Below the pieces are notes generated by a model. It was not told the DNA's origin. It ran no database searches and saw nothing but the letters and a program-made list of their open reading frames with translations. A stretch of DNA of 64,000 bases from Candidatus Poribacteria bacterium (GTDB lineage Bacteria; Poribacteria; WGA-4E; WGA-3G). Below are positions 38,976 through 47,240 of this stretch, piece by piece; the first letter of the stretch is position 1; each line of letters opens with the position of its first letter. The stretch covers positions 5,057,292-5,121,291 of the forward strand of contig OZ240248.1 of NCBI GenBank assembly GCA_965198235.1, given 5' to 3'. Made by a program: the position numbers and the translations under genes.

Positions 38976-40892
38976 TCAATTGAAGCGAGAATCCTCGTGG
39001 ACAGCAGACCTTTCACGTGATGTTGGAATGCCTAATTCATCGCGATATTTCTGAACGGTTCGCCTCGCGAGCAAGATACCCTTCGCTTTCAAGGCATTAC
39101 TGATCGCTTGATCACTGAGAGGTTTTGACGGAACTTCGGCACCAACCATTTCTTGAATAAGATTTTTTACCTGTTTGGCAGAAACTGCGTCTCCTTGCGT
39201 GGTAGCTAATTCATTACTGAAGAAAAACCGAAGGGGATACATACCGTGTGGGGTTTGCACATATTTATTGCTTGTTACTCGGCTGACGGTTGATTCGTGA
39301 ACGCCTATTTTTTCAGCTATTGTTCTCAAGGTCAGCGGTTTAATACTCTTAACGCCTTGTGTTAGAAATTCCGCTTGTACTTCAAAAATTACTTCGGTGA
39401 CCCGGGCGATTGTACTGCCTCGCTGCGCGAGGCTACTGAGCAAATTGGTCGCATCACGATACCGTTTTTCTATCCATTCTTTTGCTTCAGCATCTAAGGT
39501 GCCTTGGTGATTTCGCATCAGATTTACATAGTAAGGATTCATCTGTAAGCGTGGTATGTGATTGTCTACAGAGATAGCTTGATATTTTCCATTAAGGTAT
39601 TGTATCTCCACGTCTGGTGTAATGATTTCTGTGAAGGAGGATTTCTTGAGCGATCGAGTCGTAGGATCTGTAAAGTAGCGACCCGGGTGCGGTGATAGCT
39701 TTCCTATCCACTTAGCCGCTGTATCAATCGCTGTGATGTCAACTTTCAGTGCCCCCGCGATGCAAGCCCATTGCTGATTCAGAAAAGTGTCGAAGTGATT
39801 TTCGATGATTTCTTGGGCAAGGCATTGCACGGGGATATTTTTATATCGAGAATCCGCACACTGTGTTTTATATGCTGCCGACGATGTTGAACTGTCCTTC
39901 CCCTTAGGACTCATCTCAGTACTCTGTGAGTCGTGCTCCGCATCCGTCCCGTCTTCCGGTTTATAATTGCGAATCTGTATAAGCAATGCCTCTCTTACAT
40001 CTTGATGTGCTATCCCAAGCGGTTCAAAATTATCTTGTATCTTACGGAGTACAGTTTCAACAAGTGATGTATCACAGCCAATGGTTTCGGCAATATCATC
40101 CAATGTAAGTTGGCAAAAGTTAAGTTCTGTCTTATGGCTGTCTGGTATACATTCGTATAGTATAGTATAGATCTTTTTGTTGTCTTTGTCGTTGATTTTC
40201 CATGCGCGATTTGCAGGCACGCTTCCATTTTCTGTGGAAGGAGGCAGCATATCTGCCCCAACAATTGTAGCAGTTTTTGAAAATTGAATATCACGGTCGC
40301 CCGTTGCTGCTTGTAAATTTTTTTCAATAAAAATGTGCAGTTCTGTTGAAAGGATTCCTTCATCCAATTCTGGCAGGAATTCACACGGAATTTGAAACAG
40401 TTTGAGTTCTAATTGTCCATCATCGTTGAGATTTCCGAGAATTTGCTCTGCGATGGCGCATTCTGTTTCTGAAACTATAATTTCGGGTGATGCGAGTGCC
40501 AATTGTTCAGCAAGATGCTCGTGCAGCGAGCGTTCATGCACCAGATCTGATTGTAGTTCGTCAGCATCCGAGTATCTGGAATTTAGCCGTTCACTGACGG
40601 ACACACGGTCTTCAAAAGCTGTTTCCCAATCAATATCAATAGTGCTATCTTCCCGATCAAGGTTTTCTTCTGGTTCATTCCATTCGGGCACTGAATCTGA
40701 TTCTTCGGTAGGAAGTGCTGCCTTGTCCTCTTCCTCGAGTTCTAAGAAGGGGTTCTGCTCCAGTTCTTGGCTGATGAATTGCGTCAGTTCCTGCAGCGGC
40801 ATATTTAGCACTTTAAGTGCCTGTTGTAACCTCGGTGTAATGGACGTTTTCTGTGTTAATTGGGGTGCTTGGGTAAGTTGCGCTCTGTACAT
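38976..40892 (-). CDS. rpoN: RNA polymerase sigma-54 factor with two insertions
   Basis: Gln/Leu-rich region I, ELEQNPFL, HTH IGVHESTVSR and RpoN box ARRTVQKYR. Confidence 0.95.
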   Translation of the reverse strand: MYRAQLTQAPQLTQKTSITPRLQQALKVLNMPLQELTQFISQELEQNPFLELEEEDKAALPTEESDSVPEWNEPEENLDREDSTIDIDWETAFEDRVSVSERLNSRYSDADELQSDLVHERSLHEHLAEQLALASPEIIVSETECAIAEQILGNLNDDGQLELKLFQIPCEFLPELDEGILSTELHIFIEKNLQAATGDRDIQFSKTATIVGADMLPPSTENGSVPANRAWKINDKDNKKIYTILYECIPDSHKTELNFCQLTLDDIAETIGCDTSLVETVLRKIQDNFEPLGIAHQDVREALLIQIRNYKPEDGTDAEHDSQSTEMSPKGKDSSTSSAAYKTQCADSRYKNIPVQCLAQEIIENHFDTFLNQQWACIAGALKVDITAIDTAAKWIGKLSPHPGRYFTDPTTRSLKKSSFTEIITPDVEIQYLNGKYQAISVDNHIPRLQMNPYYVNLMRNHQGTLDAEAKEWIEKRYRDATNLLSSLAQRGSTIARVTEVIFEVQAEFLTQGVKSIKPLTLRTIAEKIGVHESTVSRVTSNKYVQTPHGMYPLRFFFSNELATTQGDAVSAKQVKNLIQEMVGAEVPSKPLSDQAISNALKAKGILLARRTVQKYRDELGIPTSRERSAVHEDSRFN

Positions 40893-40902
40893 TTCATCAA
40901 GT

Positions 40903-41262
40903 CTGTTCCTTCAAAACTTGATATATCTACACAAAAGCGGATATATCTTGTTTTAGTGTTCCTGTTTCAACGTCCACTGCCCCCAAACGAGGTCTTACAC
41001 GGACTCCATCAGGCGTTTAGCCTCTCCCAGCGAACCGCAGGCGAGGGTTCTTAGGTTCATAGCAGCGTTGACATCACGATCTTCTGTAAAACCGCAACTT
41101 TGGCAATGATACTGCCTCTCTGCTAACGATAAATCTTCTTTCTTCTGTCCACAGTGGCTACACGTCTTGCTTGAGGCGAAAAACTGGGGTGCCTCTACGA
41201 TCTTTATGCCAAGCCTGTCTGCTTTGCTTTTGAGTTTGGCAAGAAAACCCACTAAAGCGTTG
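40903..41262 (-). pseudogene. tnpB: TnpB C-terminal fragment (Zn ribbon + RuvC-III) with right end/omega-RNA-like tail
   Basis: ASSKTCSHCG...YHCQSCG..DRDVNAAMNL, then GCCTGATGGAG..GTAAGAC...TTGAAACAGGAA...GTTTTGAAGGAACAG. The N-terminal ~300 aa are missing. Confidence 0.85.
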
Positions 41263-42003
41263 CTACCCTACCCTATAGGAGAAATTGTGTCCAAAATAGA
41301 GGTCTCTCGCAGTCTCGCTGTTGATGAGTTCTGTGGGCGTTCCGGCGAGCGTAATTTTTCCATCAACAATAATATATGCCCTGTCAACAATATCAAGTGT
41401 TTCAGCGGCATTATGATCTGTGATGAGCACACCTAAGTTGCGGTCGCGTAAGTGCGCAATGAGCTGCTTGATATCAGCAACAGCAATCGGATCTATTCCA
41501 GAGAGCGGTTCATCGAGCAGAATGAAATTAGGTTGTGCCGCAAGGGCGCGTGCTATCTCCGCTCGGCGACACTCACCCCCTGAAAGTGTATATGCCTTGC
41601 GTGGTAACAGATTTGAAATGCCGAGTTCGTCTGTCAACTCGCGGATGCGAGGTTCCCGTTCTGATTTTGGCACCCCTTGTACCTCAAGGATTGCCTCAAT
41701 GTTCTGTTGAACCGTCAGTTTACGAAAAATCGATGTTTCTTGTGCGAGGTAACCGATGCCAAGTCTCGCACGCTTATACATCGGATAGAAGGTAATGTCC
41801 TTATCGGCGTACGTAATTCTACCTGCATTTGGGCGAATCAGTCCTACCATCATGTAAAATGTCGTTGATTTTCCGGCACCGTTGGGACCGAGCAGACCGA
41901 CGATTTCGCCTTGCTGTACTGATAGACTCACCTCGTTAACGACTATGGGACCGCGCCGCGTATAACGTTTTACGAGTCTGTGTGCTTGTAGTTCTATTAC
42001 CAC
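41263..42003 (-). CDS. lptB: LPS export ABC ATPase
   Basis: GPNGAGKSTTF, RARLGIGYLAQE, LSGGECRRAEIAR, GIDPIAV and LITDHN. Confidence 0.95.
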   Translation of the reverse strand: MVIELQAHRLVKRYTRRGPIVVNEVSLSVQQGEIVGLLGPNGAGKSTTFYMMVGLIRPNAGRITYADKDITFYPMYKRARLGIGYLAQETSIFRKLTVQQNIEAILEVQGVPKSEREPRIRELTDELGISNLLPRKAYTLSGGECRRAEIARALAAQPNFILLDEPLSGIDPIAVADIKQLIAHLRDRNLGVLITDHNAAETLDIVDRAYIIVDGKITLAGTPTELINSETARDLYFGHNFSYRVG

Positions 42004-42265
42004 GATTTTTTAATCTGTTGCCTCGTTATGATTAACCTGTTAGGTCAATCCATTTAATGTAAAGGAAAGGCAAATTGTGCTTTGATTATGGTACAATTTG
42101 GTTTTATTATATTTTTCTCCCTCAAGGATGGTTACGTTTTCCGTCTCATCAGAAGAAAACTAATGAGAATTATAGCACTGTAAGACTTACGTAACGCATC
42201 CATCCTGCGAGGCGTTGACAAAAAAGTTTTCGAGAAGCAGGCAGCCTTCGAATTACACACTTGCC

Positions 42266-43198
42266 TTAATTACTCCCAGATTCTTCCGTTTCAGTGTTTG
42301 GATCCGCGTCATCAGGGTTTCCGGTGTCTGTATCAGCTTCTTCTTCCGGATCCGTATCTTCAGAGTTTTCAGCATCCGCATCGGGTTTATTTTCCGCGTC
42401 ACCCTCAGTATTATCAGTTTCAGCGTCTGCGTCATTTTGGGGCTGATCTCCTGTCTCCTCAGGGGCAGTTGGAGAAGTTTGTTCTTCCCCAGTGTCTGTG
42501 CCGTTTTCCGTGTTCTCATCTGCCTCTGAATCTACTGGTGATGCTTGTGTAACGGTAACCTTAAATTTAACGTCACCTTCAGCAGTCTGTTTTCCGGTTA
42601 CCCGATTGAAAGTGAAGAATTTGGTTTCGAGCCGATCCTGGTTTTGTAAAACGACGACGTTATCTCTAAGGATAATAGTACTTGTCAGGTTGTCCATGAT
42701 AGCATGGTCACAGGTAGCAAAGATATCTTGATCCCGGATTTCTACATTACCCTCAGCGACGATTTCTTTTGTCACTCCAGATTCTAAGTCGCGCTTGAGG
42801 GTGATTTTATCAGCGTTGAGAAACCCGATTTCAATTCCTTGCTCGTTACGTCGGACCGTCTTGGCTTCGTCAATAAGAATCGTTATCCCTTTCTGCTCAT
42901 AGCTCTCCATCCTTTTCGATGTACCGGTGATTATTTCTTTCGTCACTGCTGGTGTAGCATCCGTATTTTCAGCAGTGCCATTCTGCTCTATAGTATCCTC
43001 TGTCGTCTGAATTTCCGCAGTGTCGGTGGATGAAGGCCGTTCCTCTGTTTCTGTTTCCTCTGCACCGAGCGTTAGGGAGATAAGACAGACAAGAAGAGTT
43101 AGAAAACCGGCGTACGCGCAAAAATTGCGAAACTGGAATCTGTGTTTGTACCTACTCTGGTTCAATTGGCGTTTGATGGTATTCATGTGTTTTCTCAT
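42266..43198 (-). CDS. lptA: LptA/OstA-like LPS transport protein with a long acidic tail
   Basis: Signal peptide and OstA-like strands (AEGNVEI, ILRDNVVV); lies between lptC and lptB. Confidence 0.7.
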   Translation of the reverse strand: MRKHMNTIKRQLNQSRYKHRFQFRNFCAYAGFLTLLVCLISLTLGAEETETEERPSSTDTAEIQTTEDTIEQNGTAENTDATPAVTKEIITGTSKRMESYEQKGITILIDEAKTVRRNEQGIEIGFLNADKITLKRDLESGVTKEIVAEGNVEIRDQDIFATCDHAIMDNLTSTIILRDNVVVLQNQDRLETKFFTFNRVTGKQTAEGDVKFKVTVTQASPVDSEADENTENGTDTGEEQTSPTAPEETGDQPQNDADAETDNTEGDAENKPDADAENSEDTDPEEEADTDTGNPDDADPNTETEESGSN

Positions 43199-43844
43199 CT
43201 TTTGAGTGAAGTTTGAATTGATTGTTTTTCATTTTCACGGTTTTGAGCGTCGGATTTGAGTACATTTCCGTTCCGACCCATGTGGAATCTCCACGTACGA
43301 GTGTGACTTCGGCGGGAGCATACAACCTACCCGCAAGGTTCTGCCAATGGAGGATCTCGCTGTATAAAGTGCCATTTATACTGACACCAACGACATTCCC
43401 TGAGAGATGAAGGTTGTCTCTCTCGCTTCCCGTGAGGAACTGCTTACCCTTTTGGCTATTCAAGGTGATAGAAACAACACCGTCCTCGAAAATCTGAACG
43501 GTCGGATTTTGCACTTCAATGTAACTTCCGTGAAACGTTGAGGTATCTCCGACAAGCGTCCATTTGACAACACCTGCTTCGGTGTGTTGTGTAGAAAACC
43601 CATCCACTTTCTGTGTTGGGACCGTTTCTACCGGTTCATCAGTTGCCCCAACGGGTGTCTCTGTATTTTTACAACAAATTACGCAGAGTAACAGACAGAG
43701 ATACAATGGTGTAACAATTCTACTATGGTTGCGTCTTCCACCGACGATGCATCCAAATCCACTGCGTGGGATATCGTCGGATGTATGATTCAATAATTTT
43801 TGTGAATTTCTGCGTGTTAACAACAAGATCTTTCTCTTTCGCAT
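43152..43844 (-). CDS. lptC: LptC-like LPS export protein (true start probably near 43706)
   Basis: Hydrophobic N-segment followed by beta-jellyroll-like strands (LHLSGNVVG, LYSEILHW); gene order lpxL-lptC-lptA-lptB. Confidence 0.7.
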   Translation of the reverse strand: MRKRKILLLTRRNSQKLLNHTSDDIPRSGFGCIVGGRRNHSRIVTPLYLCLLLCVICCKNTETPVGATDEPVETVPTQKVDGFSTQHTEAGVVKWTLVGDTSTFHGSYIEVQNPTVQIFEDGVVSITLNSQKGKQFLTGSERDNLHLSGNVVGVSINGTLYSEILHWQNLAGRLYAPAEVTLVRGDSTWVGTEMYSNPTLKTVKMKNNQFKLHSKDEKTHEYHQTPIEPE

Positions 43845-44595
43845 GTGTCCGTTTCAACGCTAAAGGTGGTTCGATAATTGCGTGGTGTGAACCGTCTGGT
43901 TGACGGATAATGAACGTTGGTAGTATCGCCGCACCTGTTTTGAGCGCAATAGCAACTGGACTATAGGGTGTATAGGCATGCCTACCGAAAAAATCGACAA
44001 AAACACCGTTTACGGCTGTGTCTACATCGGCGACAATACCGAGCAGTTCATTACGTTTGAGACATCGAAGCGCATGGCGTACTCCTGTATCTCTGTTGAT
44101 AGTCACATACCCCGCCTTCTCCCGGTAACTGGAGACTAATGTGTTTAAACGGGGGGAACGCAATTCACGAACGATGGGTGTGAGCGGAGCAACTGTAGCA
44201 GAAATGCTGGCAGCCAGAAGTTCCCAATTCCCAAAATGCCCCGTTAAAATGATTGCCCCTTTTCCAAACGCAAGGGCTTGCTGTACATGCTCGATTCCTT
44301 CAAAAGTGACATATCGTTGAATCTGCTTACTATCCAAGCGTGGGAACTGCATGAACTCTACCACAGTCTTGCCTAAGTTTTCAAAGCACTGTTTTGCCAC
44401 TGCTTTGATTCGGCGTTCATCTGGAAACGTCAAGCTGCACCGTAAGTGTTCACATGCCAACTCCCTGTGCTGTGGTGCCAACCAGAATACAAGGGCACCC
44501 AACCATCCACCCATAGCCAATGTCACCGAGCGCGGCAGTCGAGATACACAGAATCCGATTGATTTGGCAGCAAACTCATAACACCAGTCTTTCAT
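43723..44595 (-). CDS. Lipid A late acyltransferase (LpxL/HtrB family)
   Basis: TGHFGNWEL, VDFFG and PTQWIWMHRRWK. Confidence 0.9.
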   Translation of the reverse strand: MKDWCYEFAAKSIGFCVSRLPRSVTLAMGGWLGALVFWLAPQHRELACEHLRCSLTFPDERRIKAVAKQCFENLGKTVVEFMQFPRLDSKQIQRYVTFEGIEHVQQALAFGKGAIILTGHFGNWELLAASISATVAPLTPIVRELRSPRLNTLVSSYREKAGYVTINRDTGVRHALRCLKRNELLGIVADVDTAVNGVFVDFFGRHAYTPYSPVAIALKTGAAILPTFIIRQPDGSHHAIIEPPLALKRTHAKEKDLVVNTQKFTKIIESYIRRYPTQWIWMHRRWKTQP

Positions 44596-44854
44596 TAGTT
44601 AAATAGTATACTCAATTTCTCGTGAAATTACAAAGAAAAATGCAAAGCAAACATAAATCCTGCCGCGTGTAGGGCAGAATTTGTTACTCTGTTGCATTGT
44701 AGATAATTTTTCTTTGTTTTTTGGAATGCATTTATTGTCCGTAAAGTACACAACGCGCGAACACTCATGTTACAATCTCATACATACAAAATGTCGTTTG
44801 CCTTTCATCTTAATTCATGGTAAATTATAGGACAGAAATAGAACGGAATTCTCT

Positions 44855-46171
44855 ATGCATAACCCTCAAGAAATCAATAAGCAGCTCTATCGACTTGCAC
44901 TCCCCAATATCATTAGCAATTTTTCCATCCCTCTTTTAGGTGCTGTGGATACTGCTTTAATGGGGCGGTTAGAATCCGAACATTACCTCGGTGCGGTCGG
45001 CATCGGTGGTGTTATGTTCAGTTTTATCTATTGGGGGTTTGGGTTTCTCCGAATGGCAACGACAGGATTGACAGCGCAAGCCTTCGGGGAAAACGACACG
45101 CCGGAATGTGGACGCTTACTTTTGAGAGCAACATGCATCGGCATCATAGGGAGCCTGTTACTCTTTATCTTCCAGTGGCAACTTGCCGATATTAGTTTTC
45201 TACTCATCAATACCAGTCCTGAAGTAGAACATCTTGCCCGTGCCTATTATCACATCCGCATCTATGCTGCCCCCGCGACATTGTGCCTACACGCCCTACA
45301 CGGTGTTTTTTTAGGTTTACAGAATGCACATTACCCGATGCTATTGACGATTGTGGTGAACTTCGTCAATATCGTCTTAAATCTGGTATTTGTGCAGCTG
45401 CTCGGTATGAAAGTAGAGGGGGTCGCTTTAGCAACTGTCATTGCACAGTATATCGGGTTGCTTTTGGCAATTCTGCTTTTTTTCAGACGCTACAGAAGCA
45501 TCTTGACAGGGTGGAATATCAGGGAGGTTCTGTTGCTGTCCAAGTTAAAGCGATTCCTGAGTATCAGTGGCGACATCTTCATCAGGACCTGTTGCCTTGT
45601 GTTTAGTCACGCCGTTTTCACAGCGAAATCCGCTGCTTTGAGTGATACACTTCTCGCGATTAACACGATCTTGCTGCAATTTATCTATATTCTGTCGTTT
45701 GCGATTGATGGTCTTGCGTTTGCTGCAGAAAGCTTGATCGGCAGGTACAAGGGCGCACATGACCTACAAAACCTGAAACGGACAACGCGTCTAATCTTCC
45801 TCTGGGCATTTCTGTTCGGAGGTGTGATTATGCTAACCTTTGTGTTCTTTGGGAAGCGATTGCTGTCCGTTTTTACAGACCAGATGTCGCTTGTCGAACA
45901 GGCAGAAGTTTATCTTATTTGGGTAATCATCGCACCTGTAATTAACGTCGCTGCCTACATTTGGGACGGAATTTTTCTCGGAGCGACTGCTTCAAGAGCA
46001 TTACGGAATTCTGCAATTGTGTCAACACTGATCTATTTAAGCGCAGTCTATCTGTTGATGCCTTTTGGGAATCATGGGCTATGGGGCGCGTTAACACTGC
46101 TTTTGGTTGCCCGCGGTGTGTCGCTAACAGCGTTAGCACCCAAATATCTATTTAAATCCAGTGATTCCTAA
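44855..46171 (+). CDS. MATE efflux transporter (DinF-like)
   Basis: LALPNIISNFSIPLLGAVDTA and GFLRMATTGLTAQA; about 12 TM segments. Confidence 0.92.
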   Translation: MHNPQEINKQLYRLALPNIISNFSIPLLGAVDTALMGRLESEHYLGAVGIGGVMFSFIYWGFGFLRMATTGLTAQAFGENDTPECGRLLLRATCIGIIGSLLLFIFQWQLADISFLLINTSPEVEHLARAYYHIRIYAAPATLCLHALHGVFLGLQNAHYPMLLTIVVNFVNIVLNLVFVQLLGMKVEGVALATVIAQYIGLLLAILLFFRRYRSILTGWNIREVLLLSKLKRFLSISGDIFIRTCCLVFSHAVFTAKSAALSDTLLAINTILLQFIYILSFAIDGLAFAAESLIGRYKGAHDLQNLKRTTRLIFLWAFLFGGVIMLTFVFFGKRLLSVFTDQMSLVEQAEVYLIWVIIAPVINVAAYIWDGIFLGATASRALRNSAIVSTLIYLSAVYLLMPFGNHGLWGALTLLLVARGVSLTALAPKYLFKSSDS

Positions 46172-46314
46172 TAGATATGCCATCTTTAAAAATAAATCGC
46201 CAAGAACTGAATAAACCTTATCGACCCCATAAAAAAGTTGAAACGCTCTACAATTTATGCTAAACTGCAAAAAATAGTCCATATAAGTCCATGTTATAAG
46301 GAGAATAACGCAGA

Positions 46315-47166
46315 ATGCCAAAGTTTGGTGTAAATTTATTACTCTGGGCGGATAAGTTTGACAGAGAAACTGCAGACCTGATTCCTAAAGTCGCTGAAAT
46401 GGGGTTTGATGGTGTCGAAATCCCTATCTTTGACCCAGATACGGTGGACATCCCTTACACCCAAGCATTACTGAAGGATACCGGCTTAGAACCCATCGGG
46501 TGTAATATCATGGCAGGGGATAGAAATCCAATCGACGAGGATCCTGCGATTCGAGAAAATGGGAGAACCTATCTCAAGCGTTGCTGTGAAATTGTTGCAG
46601 AATTGGGTGCCGATACGCTCGTTGGGCCAATGTATAGTGCTGTTGGTAAACTCGTTGGACGCGGTAGAAACGAACAGGAGTGGAACTGGTGTGTTGAAGG
46701 TTTGCAAGATGTTTGCGAATTCGGTGGAAAATACGGTGTTACGCTCGCCAGTGAACCGCTCAACCGGTTCGAAACCTATTTCATCAACATTGCCGAAGAT
46801 GCTGTTAAACTTTGTGAAGCAGTAGATAGTCCATACTTCAAGGTGCATCTGGACACATTCCACATGAACATTGAGGAAAAAAATCAAGCAGACGCTATCA
46901 TCGCGACCGGCGATTTTTTGCATCACGTTCACTGCTGTGAAAACGATCGCGGGACTCCGGGCACGGGACTTGTAGATTGGGACGGTGTGTTCGGCGCGCT
47001 CGCTAAGGTGAACTACGACAGATGGCTCGTGATTGAATCATTTACACCGGCAGTCAAGGAAATCGCCGCTGCGACCTGCATCTGGCGCGACATCGCACCA
47101 AGTGCCGAGAGCCTCGCGATAGATGGACTCGCGTTCCTCAAACAGAAAGCAGCGCAATACCTATAG
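46315..47166 (+). CDS. D-psicose/D-tagatose 3-epimerase-family sugar epimerase
   Basis: EPLNRFET, HLDTFHMNIEE, HCCENDRGTPG and IESF. Confidence 0.9.
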   Translation: MPKFGVNLLLWADKFDRETADLIPKVAEMGFDGVEIPIFDPDTVDIPYTQALLKDTGLEPIGCNIMAGDRNPIDEDPAIRENGRTYLKRCCEIVAELGADTLVGPMYSAVGKLVGRGRNEQEWNWCVEGLQDVCEFGGKYGVTLASEPLNRFETYFINIAEDAVKLCEAVDSPYFKVHLDTFHMNIEEKNQADAIIATGDFLHHVHCCENDRGTPGTGLVDWDGVFGALAKVNYDRWLVIESFTPAVKEIAAATCIWRDIAPSAESLAIDGLAFLKQKAAQYL

Positions 47167-47240
47167 CATCACCCCGTTTGTAGTAGTGCGATTTATCGCA
47201 CGTTCATTAGAAAGTTGTACTGAAAGTGGGAGGAGTTGAG

